This document shows positions 12,883 through 24,084 of a stretch of DNA of 64,000 nt, one piece after another. Under the pieces are notes generated by a model. The model worked only from the letters and a program-made list of their open reading frames with translations. It searched no databases and had not been told where the DNA came from. This stretch comes from Psammoneis japonica (lineage: Eukaryota), in assembly GCA_008632985.1 (NCBI GenBank), contig QPGO01000014.1:696289-760288 (forward strand), read 5' to 3'. Made by a program: the position numbers and the translations under genes. The first letter of the stretch is position 1, and every line of letters starts with the position of its first letter.

Positions 12883-15363
12883 CTAACTGGACTTCGTGTC
12901 TTTCCATTGTTCCACAATCGGTTTCAGTATTTTGCTCAACTTGATTGACAACTCACGAACCCGCCCATGGCTGTAGCAGTTGTATTCCAAACCGTCATCT
13001 CTATGGGTGCGATTCTGATCGAGCTTCCTAAAAGTGGTCAATTTCGGTATACCTACAGGACATCTGTCTGATGCCTTCTTGAATGCATGATGACACTTCT
13101 TTTGCCAGTCTAGTGTCGCTAAAGGCCCCGTCGTTTTCGCGTGCAGCATGAAGGCCTCGCGCAACTCATCGACGCGTCGTTCGTAAGGACGCCGCTCTAC
13201 AAATGCAGGGGACACCTGATTCGGTGAAGTAAGCAAACGCTTGGTGACTGTAGAATAGTGAACGTGGTGGCTCAAAACGAAGTCAGGCTTGAAAATCTGC
13301 TTTTTCGCACGCCATGCCCAGCCTGGCTTTGGAAATGGCGTAACGTCGCAATTATAAGTCTCCAGAAAGGTTGCGTCCCGATGCTTTTCTATGCATTTGG
13401 ATGTTGATGAAGTATCTCCACATTTGGTGCGGTCCGATCCTCCGTAGTGTGGGACCATAAAGTCGACATTCGGCAGTGCTCGAGTTTGGAAGAAACTGAG
13501 AATGTTGGTGTTCTTGTCAATGACCCCACCACTCTTCACTCCTTCTATGAGCCACTGTTTTGGATCTGACCAATTTCCCTGTGGAATGAGGTACTCGTCC
13601 GTGTCGAAGAACACCATCCATTCTGTCGACGGTCCGTATCGGAGACGGCAACTGGCCTCCGCTGCGTACTGACTGCTTCGTTCGCCCACGTTGGGGTGGC
13701 TAGGACCGTTGTTGTTGCAGACCCTGTGTGACCAAGGTATTCTTGTCACACGATCAAGAGGGAACAAATCAATAACAGATGCCAGTGACGTTTCATTCGA
13801 GTATGCACCAGAGTTGTCGTACACGTAGATGTGGTCAAGCTTCGCAATGTAGAGGTGAAAAGCGAGCCATTCAATCAAACGATCCAATGTGGAAGAGTCC
13901 GTCGGTGCAGACTTCCCTCTAGTGGCAAAGGCTGCAGAAGCCCATAAGCAACCTGTAAGAGTGTGGCGCTTAGGGGGTGGCTCGCGTAATCCCCCAACCG
14001 CACCGGTAACCTTCCCGAAGCTCTCTTGTTTTGTGTCTTCTTCTGGAGGTAGACAAAGAGGAATGTTTGCCCAACGTCCACTCGATTCAATTGTTGGTAG
14101 AACGTGCTCATTTCCCCACTCTCTTTGAGGACTAAATGATGACACTTCTAACGCCTGGGGGAAGTACCCCTCACGAGTCAGACGTGGCCTCGTCCGTATT
14201 GGAACAACATCAACGTAAAATGTGGGAACATCGTTGACAGCTCCGATTCCACCATTGATGATCGAGCGCACTTCGTCAGGGACTGGACAACGAAAATGCA
14301 AGATAGTATTCCAAATCTGCTCATTGTGTGCACCGTGTTTGTCTCCTTCATTGGTGGGCCGAGTCAACATGGGATGAGATCGAGGCTTGCGATAGTTAGC
14401 GTGTTCGTAGTTGTACGGGAAGACGCTGAGAGTCTCACCCACCACAACCTTTTGAACACCAACAATATCACCATGCTCCGTTATTGGTATGAGACGATGA
14501 AAGTGACAAATGAAACGTGTCTCGCGAGCATCCTCATCAGCGTCCTCCAGGGAGGTTAGTCGATACCGAATGGTCGAGTCTCGAGGCATTGCGTTGGACC
14601 ACAGTTTGTCTGGTGCCATTTGTCGCACTTCTGCTTCTGTCAAACGTTTGATTGGAACACTCTGCATTAGTGTGACTTGCGGTTCTAAATTTTCTAAATC
14701 TTGAATAAAGTCCTTGGCCCCCGACCGGCATTTTCGCTTGTTGTGTGCCACAAATTCAATGTAAGTCGCATCTGCATTGGGGAAGACGTCATGAATCCAG
14801 GGCAAGAAAGGATCAGCGTCCACTGGACATGCATCTTGCGCATACTTGTATCGAAGGGGATAGAGCGATTTCATAGTTTGGCCAACATTTGATCCATACT
14901 TGGACAGCAGGTGGAGTGAGTGGTCGACAGGAAGACTGTTCGCGAGATTGGAACAGGTATTGACGTTACTGTAGGTGTACTGACGTAGCGCTTCAGGCCC
15001 ATGTAGGCGCATTGGTAACAATGAAAGCTCCGTTTCGTTAGTCACAGTAGGAAGTGGCGGTTCAACGTAAGCTGTAAGTGGGAGCGATGATCTGTTGGTG
15101 GTGCGAAGTAAGTATCTCGAAACGAGCCGAGCCTCATCCAGCAGCCTCTCAGCTCTACTTGAGTCACCTGCCAATACAAAGTTGGACTTTTCGACACGAT
15201 CTTCCCCACTCTGGTACATTCCTGGAAACGCATGGCTGTTCTGATCGAGATCAACGGATGCATTCAACACAAGAAGAAACAGTAGGCAGCAGGCAAGAGC
15301 GGAAGCCAACACAATCAGTGGCAGCGAGAACTTGCATTTACGTTTGCGTCTTTGAAAGTCCAT
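12883..15363 (-). CDS. Type II membrane glycosyltransferase, GT92/DUF23-like
   Basis: N-terminal signal anchor; LIEWLAFH, HIYVYDNS, QYAAEASCRLRYG, WMVFFDTDEYLIP (DxD), HHVHYS; start taken at MDFQRR. Confidence 0.7.
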   Translation of the reverse strand: MDFQRRKRKCKFSLPLIVLASALACCLLFLLVLNASVDLDQNSHAFPGMYQSGEDRVEKSNFVLAGDSSRAERLLDEARLVSRYLLRTTNRSSLPLTAYVEPPLPTVTNETELSLLPMRLHGPEALRQYTYSNVNTCSNLANSLPVDHSLHLLSKYGSNVGQTMKSLYPLRYKYAQDACPVDADPFLPWIHDVFPNADATYIEFVAHNKRKCRSGAKDFIQDLENLEPQVTLMQSVPIKRLTEAEVRQMAPDKLWSNAMPRDSTIRYRLTSLEDADEDARETRFICHFHRLIPITEHGDIVGVQKVVVGETLSVFPYNYEHANYRKPRSHPMLTRPTNEGDKHGAHNEQIWNTILHFRCPVPDEVRSIINGGIGAVNDVPTFYVDVVPIRTRPRLTREGYFPQALEVSSFSPQREWGNEHVLPTIESSGRWANIPLCLPPEEDTKQESFGKVTGAVGGLREPPPKRHTLTGCLWASAAFATRGKSAPTDSSTLDRLIEWLAFHLYIAKLDHIYVYDNSGAYSNETSLASVIDLFPLDRVTRIPWSHRVCNNNGPSHPNVGERSSQYAAEASCRLRYGPSTEWMVFFDTDEYLIPQGNWSDPKQWLIEGVKSGGVIDKNTNILSFFQTRALPNVDFMVPHYGGSDRTKCGDTSSTSKCIEKHRDATFLETYNCDVTPFPKPGWAWRAKKQIFKPDFVLSHHVHYSTVTKRLLTSPNQVSPAFVERRPYERRVDELREAFMLHAKTTGPLATLDWQKKCHHAFKKASDRCPVGIPKLTTFRKLDQNRTHRDDGLEYNCYSHGRVRELSIKLSKILKPIVEQWKDTKSS

Positions 15364-15689
15364 GCCCCTTGACGATGCATGATGTGAGATGGTACGCCCT
15401 AATCGTACATTCATGATCCGACTTTTGCAGCAACACGCGGACGGCGGCCGCCGCGGTCATTGTGCTGGGTCGATGCAATTTTCTTTTTCTGAAGTAAAAA
15501 TGCAATAAAACATAAAACAAATCGTCTTTTGTCTTTTGTTGGTGTGACATCGTAAATTTTTTGTTCAATATTTTCTCAATTTTTGAAATTTGACTTTCTT
15601 TTTTTTTAATGTTTTTTGAGAAAATCCACGGAGGCGAAGACATGACATCGCAATAAGAAACCGAATGGCAAATCTTGGTCAAATGGCAA

Positions 15690-18480
15690 AATGAAAAAAT
15701 GGCAACAACAACTCTAACAAAGCAGCACTTTCAATGGCGAGCACCACAAGGCTTGACAGTGTCTAGGACACTAAGACCTCAGTGGCTCATGACTCGTTGC
15801 ACTCTCTAGAAAAGAACTTCTCGGCTTTTCCTTTTCCAAAGGTGTTGCCACAATGTTGGCTCATCAACTTTGGCACAAACACCGTTTGGAAACAAACTGG
15901 TGGTTGTGATGGCATCTGACCTGGATTTGTGGGCAATGTGAATTCTCTGCATGATGAGAGCCCTTTCATCAGGTCAATTTCTTCCTCGAGTTCTTGCGTT
16001 CGTTTGACCGAATCGTCACATGGTCGACTCACATTCTCCATTGCATTTCTTCTCGCCATGACTTGAGCCAGTTTCCTTGCTCCCTTCAAGCATTCCAGAA
16101 CCTTGCTCCATGTGTCAGGCAAGGACAATCAAAGTGCATCACAGCATCCTCTGAGATCCAGAATGGCAGCTTCAATGTTCCAAACACTGTGCCCGAGTGC
16201 AGAGTGCCGTGGCTTTGGCTGCAGACAGCGGGTCGATCTCCCCCTCTTTGCCTTGTTTGGTGAGCAAGACATCTTGCAAGTTTAAAAAACTCAGTGGCTG
16301 ATTCAACTCTGTGCTGACATGGTCCTTCATCCAATGTTTGATTGTGGCAACATGACAGCATTGCCCAAACCATTGTCACTGGAAAGCATCCAAACAGAGG
16401 CGCAGATTGAGCATTTGCGCTGCAATTTGAATGTCATTCATTGGGTCTGAAACCAGTGTCAAGGCAGGTTGAAAATCTTGTTTTCCTGCACAAAAAGACT
16501 CTTCTTCAACAATGTCTGATTGGCAATGCTGCTTGTTGGCACAGGGACAAATCATGTCGCACACATCATTGAGACCAGGAGATGCCACAAACTCATCACA
16601 TTGGCATTGGATGCATTTGCACTCTCAAACACTGATGATTCCACCCACTGTTTTTGTTGGCCTCAATTGCTTCTCAGCATCCACCAGAGTCTTTTGATCT
16701 TGTTGCTTGTTTGCCAAAGTGCACTTGGCAGGAGCATGTGCACTTGGCTCATGCTGCCGGCACAGAGATGGTGCTCTTGACAAATCAAAAATGTGCAGTG
16801 ATGTGCAAATGTGGGCTTTGAACCAGTGCCTCTCCATCTCTCGAGGTGTCTTTGTGAATTTCAGTGTTGGATTTTTTGGCTTTTTGTTGATTGTTTTGGC
16901 AAGGTTTGTGTGTGGAGCGGTGGGAAAAAGTGAGGACTGAAATCACCACTGGGCAGAGGATGGACAACAGAGTGTGGCAGCCCTTTGTTGTTCTCACCCT
17001 GCTCATGCACTTTTGGTCAAAATTTTAAAGTCATTTGTCAAAGTCACTGTGACATTTTCTGCATTTTGCTTGTGTCACCAAGATTCAAAATCCATTTCTT
17101 GCCCTTTCTACAAAATGCATTGTTGAGATCTCTCTTCAGCTTGCAGCCATGAGATGTGTCTTCCTGTGGAAAGCTTTCACAATGATGACAGCCACTGCAC
17201 TGCAACCTTCTCCTGCTCTCTTGTCCACAAAGCCACTTCACACTGCATTTCACCCACTTGGGCAGAAATTACGGAAATTGTGGTCACGGAAAAGCACACA
17301 CCAAATCGCCCCCCGCACCTCTTAAGGCAATTGTGTGACATGCAACAGTGAGTCTGACAGCTCCAACACTGAAGGCTGCAATGACACATTTAAAATGTTG
17401 ATGACATGAGCTGATTTTTTTTACCTCCCAATGAGTGTGCCAAAGGAGAGCACATTGGTTTGAAGCTCTGTCATGTTGAACATTCTGATGGCACAAAATG
17501 TGAAAAGTCCCCAACATCTTTTTGCATTCAAACAATGCTCCGCTGCCATGTTGACAGTGTGTGGGTGCAGAAAACTTTACTCCAAACATTGTGGTCACTG
17601 TTTTTAAGCATCCATTTTTGGTTTGGTGAAATGTGCTGGGGCAGAATGAATCTCTGTCAGTGTGCATCTTGATGCATTCACAATCAAATGATGTGCAAAG
17701 CTCATGGCTTGTCCAAGGACACTGTCATTTGCATGTTTTGCTTCATTTGGCAAAAAGAAGTGACACCATTTCTTTGACTCACAAGCTGCCTTTGCTGCCC
17801 GCTCCTCTTCTTTTCTTCCATGAGCATTTTTTCTTCTGTCAAAGTGCCCTTGTGTCTCCATTTTGTTTGGACAAGTGCTTGCTGCTGCAAGGTCACATGA
17901 GCTTGGTTGGTGGGGTTTCATTGCTTCCATGCCAGCTTCTTCAGGAATGCCTCCAGCACCCACTGCATCTGAGCCAGACACTTCACAAAACACCCAAGCT
18001 TGACAAGGTCTCTCTGCCAAACCCCCCAGTGCCTGTTGAACTGCAATCAGCTGTGAAAAGGCACTCTCCTCCATTTCTTTTGATCTTAAATCTTGACTTT
18101 CAAAAGCCAACTTCAGTTTGTTGAACAGATCTGCTTTGCTTCTGGTTGGCCAAGTGGAGTGACCTCTGATGTCAGGTGGTCTTCTTGCTTGCCTGGATTT
18201 GTGAAGTTGGTTGACAAAGCCAATGGAAATGTCTCCAGAGTCTACGTTGACCAAGCACATGGCTCATGCTTTCCACAGTTTTGCAAAAGATTTCTGTGAC
18301 AAGGTGGCTTCTGGGCACTCTTTGGCTGATGATGAGGGGCAAGATGGTGGTGGTCAAGAGGACTCTGTTGACAGAAATGTTTTTGTGAACCAGTTCTTCA
18401 GAAGAAGTTTCTTCTGAAGAACTGGAAAATCAATTAGTTGCTTCAGCAGAAGCTCATGGGGAAAAAAGCTGGATTACAAG
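15690..18480. mobile_element. Degenerate transposon-derived block, TpA/CpG depleted
   Basis: Same compositional signature as the other blocks; broken coding remnants, apparently on the minus strand; family unresolved. Confidence 0.55.
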
Positions 18481-19020
18481 ACAACCTGCTCCGGAGCGCC
18501 GAGGACTCCCACAGCACCGATCTTCTAATGAAGATGCCAACACCAGATTTCTACTGAGACGGTGTTCGACATGTCAGTGGCAGGGAATGTGAAATCGCTC
18601 CCGTTGTTCATCCGTGGCTCAATGAAATATTCCTATTTTGGATTATCCTGTGTTGTGAAATGCTGCTTGGTGTATTTGCAAGATGGACTATTGGCCAGGG
18701 CGAAAGCAGTGTCCACTAACTAAAGCGGCGCTATTTCGTCTTTGAAACAGTAACTTTGATTTTGTTCAGGCATCGTTAGCTCACCATTTCTTTCGTAACG
18801 ATTTTAGGTCGAGCAATCCATGAAGTAGAAACTCTAGCTCTCTACTCTAGAGACAATGTATTGCAACCAAGTAGCACCTTGAAGAAGGAGACGCAATGGA
18901 GAAAGCATCGAATGTGTCTTTTTGAACAACGAAGCTACAAATGTGAATGGAAATTCCAGCAATCAACTACGGAGTCGTTGCCGGAGCACGACCTTGTGCG
19001 TGTAGGGCGCTGAAACCATT

Positions 19021-19686
19021 CTACCTATTGTCCTCATTCATTTCGTCAACAATTGCCATGAACGAAACGACCAAACAAGGATCAATGCCTGGTCCAATCC
19101 TGATTGCCCACTGGTTGCCTTTGGCAATTCCCAAGTTGATCTCCTTCATGTGGGCGCAAGGCTTTCCGTTGCGGGTGAGACGCATCTGACGCAAATCCAC
19201 TACTTTGCCCACGCCATCTGTGAGATATTCAACGCCGTCAAAGGTCTTCATGCTCTTGCGCACAGAAAAGAACTTATCCTTGCACTTGGCCCATTCATAC
19301 AGAGGCCTGCCTTCATGCTTTTGCTCCGAACTTGGTTCTTGTCCTTCTACAAACGGAGTAAAACCGTAAATCTTGAACGTTGTCTCCCACTTCAGATACA
19401 TCTTCAAAATGATCGCGAGAGGTTCGCCAGATTGATTTTGGAGCATCATTCTGTCTCGAATGGTCAAGACTACACCTTTGATGTCTGCCTCAAATGGCTT
19501 CTGATCACCAAAGTAAGTAATACCAAAGCTATCGCCCGACCAGCTTGTCCAGAGCTTCTCCTTCATGACAAGGTGATAAAGTTTGTCTGCAGGCACGTCT
19601 GGATGAAGCACTTTTGGAGGAGCTGGATGGACAAAGTTTAAGTCCTCGTCAGTGGGGATGGGAGTCGAATGTTTAAACATGGTCAA
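19021..19686 (-). CDS. LURP-one-related / Tubby C-terminal-like (scramblase fold) protein
   Basis: 221 aa; MKEKLWTSWSGDSFGI near the N-terminus and IRIGPGIDPCLVVSFMAIVDE at the C-terminus match LURP1/Tub_2 patterns. Confidence 0.75.
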   Translation of the reverse strand: MTMFKHSTPIPTDEDLNFVHPAPPKVLHPDVPADKLYHLVMKEKLWTSWSGDSFGITYFGDQKPFEADIKGVVLTIRDRMMLQNQSGEPLAIILKMYLKWETTFKIYGFTPFVEGQEPSSEQKHEGRPLYEWAKCKDKFFSVRKSMKTFDGVEYLTDGVGKVVDLRQMRLTRNGKPCAHMKEINLGIAKGNQWAIRIGPGIDPCLVVSFMAIVDEMNEDNR

Positions 19687-20074
19687 GTCGTTTAATCGAT
19701 AAAAAACTATTGAAACCAGAAACCAAGTTTACTGCTGCGACAAGTTCGGAAAGATGAAAGCAAGATGAAAGATACGCTTTTTTGACAATAACTTGACAAC
19801 GCCAGCAGTTTTCTTGTTCCGCGACTATTGAAACGAAGTTTATTGCTGCGACAAGGTCGGGAAGATGAAAGATGCAAGCAAGATGCATGAAAGATGAAAG
19901 ATACGGTAGGTCTAGCTCTAGAGTATCGCAGTGCTGTACTTGTGCTGTACGCGCTTTTTTTGACAAAAAACTTGACAACGACGCGCCCGCCGCGCGCACT
20001 TCCAAGTGGTTCTTGTCCCGCGCGAGTCTTCAAACTCATAGCACCGTGTTGTAGAGTAGCCCAGGAGGACCAAG

Positions 20075-20290
20075 GTGTTGACCAGCAAGTCAACCAGCAT
20101 GAAAATTTGCTCTTGCATTGAGAGGAAGCTCATGGACAGGGGTTGAATGATCCTGATGTCCTTTGACCCAAGTGTCTGTTGGTGCAAACTGAGCGATGGT
20201 GAACAAAGTCAAGGCCAGCTGGGTCACAATTGCACTCCAAGGCCTGCTGCAATGGATTGGGACACTTGCACCAGTTGCTGTTGACCCAGG
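20075..20290 (-). mobile_element. RNase H fragment of a non-LTR retrotransposon
   Basis: WVKGHQD...HELPLNARANFHAG*LA resembles the WVKGHQD..N..AD.LA RNase H motif of LINE-like elements. Confidence 0.55.
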
Positions 20291-22116
20291 GTGATTTGAC
20301 AGAGGTGCTGCAGGCCTGTTCCATGTTGAGTGAGTCGTCAAAAAAATTTTGTTCGAGAGAGTCAACTGGGGAGATGGTGGATGCAGCAGCACACAAGTGC
20401 TCTTCATTGGCAAATCGAGCTGAAGTGAGTTTTCTGGCATTGGGGTGGGATGAATGGTGCAAAGTGGGAGGAGCATCATTGACTGAGCTTGAGGAAAAAG
20501 AATCCCAGTTGTCAGAGTCCAAAGAGTCTGCATCAAGGATGGTGGGTGAATCAATGTCAAGAAAATCCTGGATGGTGCCAGCACGTTTGTCGACAGGTGT
20601 GTTGTCACAGTTGGTGAGTTCAGAGTCATTGTTGGAGACCTGACAAATGGGGAGAGCTCCGGAGAATGGGACATGGTCATGCACCAAGAGGATGATTCGA
20701 AGAGTTCATCAAAATGGACATCACACATGACAATCAAATGTTTTGGTCTGATGCCTTCGGGGGGACACACATCAAGCATCCAGCCTGATTGGGTGCAAAA
20801 CCAACATGAATGCCACGAGATCAATGTTGGAGCTGTTGTTTGGTGGTGGTCAGGCGGCTGGTTTCTGGGTTGAGTGATTGACACCTGTCAAAAGTGGCGA
20901 GAAGCCAAAAACGTGAAAATGGCTGATCTTTGGGTGCTTGTTGAAAGCATGAAAGTGAGGTGTAGAGAGAGAGAGAGAGAGAGAGCCATCTTGCAAACGG
21001 GCACCTTTGGCCAGGAGCACATTCAGTGTTGCAATGGCATGGAGGAACAAGTGATGACAAAAATGGGCCAAGAGGCAGGTGTTCATGAGAAGGCAGCAAA
21101 TCACATTCAGTGTGAATTGTCACATCCTTTCACTTGTGCCATTCATTTGTTGGTGACAAGGCACGGCAATCTCATCCTTGATGCCATTGTCAGAACCAAA
21201 AGAAAGGAATTTGTGAGGGAGGAAATGTTGTACAGAGTCAGCTCGAATGAAGTTGACATCCTTCACTTGGCCAACAGCTTGAACTTTGGCCACCCAAGAC
21301 TTGAAAGCCGCAATGATGTTGCTCGTCGTGGGACTCTCAAAGCCACAGATGCTGCAGCAGTGTCCCTTGTGTGCAGCCATGAAGAGATGGTGCAGAAAAG
21401 ATGAGCCGGGGGTGAGAGCAACATTGTGTGGGTTTGGAGTTGTGTCCACAAACACACATGAAAAGTGTGTTCTGGTTCAGTTGGGTCACACTCAACGTGA
21501 TTTTGCTTCCGTGATGCAGCGATGCACATGCTGTCTGAACAGTCAAGCCAAACTTTGCCAATTGTTTCAGCCAAAAGACTTTGAGAGGAACGACAAGCAA
21601 AACATCAAACTGCAAGGTCAAGATCAATGGTGGTGGTCTTTGGGGTAGAGGAGGGTTTGAGAGAATGTGTGTTGGTCTCAACAGCATTGGCATCACTGGG
21701 AGTGGAGTGGTCAGTGGATGCATTGTGGCAAGAGTGCTTGTGACGAAGCATTGGGAAGCTGAAAATGTGTCCATCATCACCAAAATTGAGCTTGGTGATG
21801 TTCGTCATGACATGCACATTGAACAAATCATTGCGGCAAAAGCAGGGACCAAGAACAGATTCCGGTTGAGACTGGGGATGCAACAGACACTTTCAAGGAC
21901 AAGGTTGACAGGGCATCCTTGATCATCTTGGAAATTCAGGGTGATGGAGCTGGCTTTTGCAGCGTGGACAATGGTGCCATTTGCAATCACAACAAGGACA
22001 TGACAATCAATGGGGTTGTCAAGAGAGTTGTGGTGCACAAAATGGGAGGAGGCACCAGAGTCAACAAACCAGCTGCCAATGTTGGAGAGGTCATTGTCGC
22101 ATGGGAGTTGCTGGGG

Positions 22117-22361
22117 TGTTTCAGTCTGCCCGTTGTTGGATTAGCGGGATTACCTCTACGGTGAAAAGCTGCTGCTCTGTGGTGCCAAGGGGGTGTGACG
22201 TGTTTGTGAGTTCGTTTCCTGGAAAGTAAGACTTTGTGCGATGTCTGCGACATTTCTAGGACATTAGAGTATAAGATCGAGAGGTCCACTCGAGGATCCT
22301 CTCACAATTCGAATAGATCATGTTTTGATCATTGATTTATTCTATCGACATGGTTTTAGCA
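22117..22361 (+). repeat. 5' LTR (245 bp)
   Basis: TGTTTCAGTC...TTTTAGCA, direct repeat of 28641-28883. Confidence 0.95.
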
Positions 22362-22395
22362 CTTTGTCAGAGCCAGTCTCCGACCACCTGAAATC

Positions 22396-24018
22396 ATGGC
22401 ATTTGCTGCAGCTCAAACCACATCGTTCTTCAAGGACAACGATCAGATGGGACTGCCCAATGCGACTCATGTGCAGCCAGCGGTTGAGGGTCTTGAGCAT
22501 GTGAATGAACTCACGGACTTCGACGAGGATGGTCTCCAACAGTTGTTCGAGAACCTCAAACGTCCTGGAGGCACTGTTCCGGATCCGAATCCTGGTGCGG
22601 CTGCTGGTGCGGTCATCTGAACCCCAGCATTTGTCACAGGTGCCAAGAGCATGATGCGTCTCAAGGTTGCTCGTCAAGCAGCTCAATTCTACGAGACCGT
22701 CGGTCGCGACTTAACAGCTGCCAACATGCGTTGGAACCCCATCCTCAAGAACTTTCAGGAGGCTTGGAAGGCCCTCAAGGAGCGCAAGGCCAAAGACGAC
22801 CCAGACGTCCCCAGGATCTCCAAGTCTCTACCAATTATGAAGTGGACCGAGGCGTTCCGTGATCACCTTCAGCAAGTGATTGGCAACAGGACAATCCCGT
22901 TGTCCTGCATAACTCGTGAGACGGTCGCGGTTCCAGCAGATGCTCCTGCCTTAGCAGCGAACCAACTGCACTCCAACGAACACGGTTCCCTTGGAGACGA
23001 ATTAGTGGCACGTGCCAGCCACACCCATCCGTTGTTTCGAGAGGATAACGCATCCGTTTATTGTGCACTCAAAGAAGCGACTCGTGGCACCTCCTACGCC
23101 GCTTCGATCAAGCCTTTTCAGCGTAGGAAGGATGGACATGGAGCGTGGGTTGCTCTCACTGCTCAACATGCAGGCGAAGACAAGTGGGCGGCCGAACTCA
23201 AGAAGCAGGAAGAGTTCATCCACAATCGCAAGTGGAAGGCTCAGTCGAATTTCTCTCTTGATCGGTTCATTGCGCAGCACCGTAATGCCTTTGTCTCGAT
23301 GCAACAATGTGCGGAGTACGTCACGCACCAACTTCCGAACGAATGTTCTCGGGTCACGCATTTGTTGGATGCAATCGAAACCTCCGATGCACCCCTACAA
23401 GCCGCAATGGCCCTAGTCCGCAATGATGCCGGGCCGAACGGCAAACGTAGCGTCTTCGAGGCGGCTGCGGCGTGCCTTCTTCCCTGTGACCCCATGGCCA
23501 AGAAACGCGCCGCAAAACGCCCTCATGCCAAAGTGTCGGGCATTGACTCCAGCACCATCAAATCTGGCATCGGCAATTCTGGGGTGGAACTTCGCTGCCA
23601 CACTCAGTCTGAGTACAAGAAGCTCACCTCTGAGCAGAAGGTAGAACTCAAGGAATGGCATGCAAAACAAGGGGCCGGATTGCAAAAGAAGAAGATGGAA
23701 GGCAAGAACCTGGTGGAGGGTCGCGGTCACAAGAACATCAAGAAGATGATCTCAGAAGCAGTGGCCTCTGAGCTAGCTTCTCGTGATAAACAAGATCAGC
23801 AACCCAGTGCCTCTGACCCCGATGATGCCCAAGCCGGTGCCTGCCTGCTGTCGTTGGCACAGGCAGCATCTGCGTTGGCTCCTGCTGCATCGCAACCCCT
23901 GCTGCCACCACCTCCTCCGGCGCCATCTGCTCCGCCTGCCCAAGCCTCTTCTGTTCAATTTAAGGCTCCGGCTGTCATGCTTCAATCCATTCTGCGGCGC
24001 GCTGGTGCCAAGAATTGA
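22396..24018 (+). pseudogene. gag: Copia gag with an in-frame TGA at 22618-22620
   Basis: ORFs 22396-22620 and 22651-24018 share a frame; motifs GNRTIPLSCITRE, DGHGAWVAL and FSLDRFIAQHRNAF resemble CoDi gag. Confidence 0.85.
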
Positions 24019-24084
24019 AATGAAGGGACGGCGCTGCATTCCCACGTCTCCTCGCTTGAGGGGAGAAAGTGCGCCTTTTGTGCC

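Noticed and set aside
19725..19982. Short imperfect duplication upstream of the LURP-like gene
   Set aside because: Real, but looks like an ordinary local duplication with no further structure
22618..22620. Programmed stop readthrough in gag or pol
   Set aside because: In-frame TGA codons here and at 24793 are more simply explained as CGA>TGA decay in a dead element
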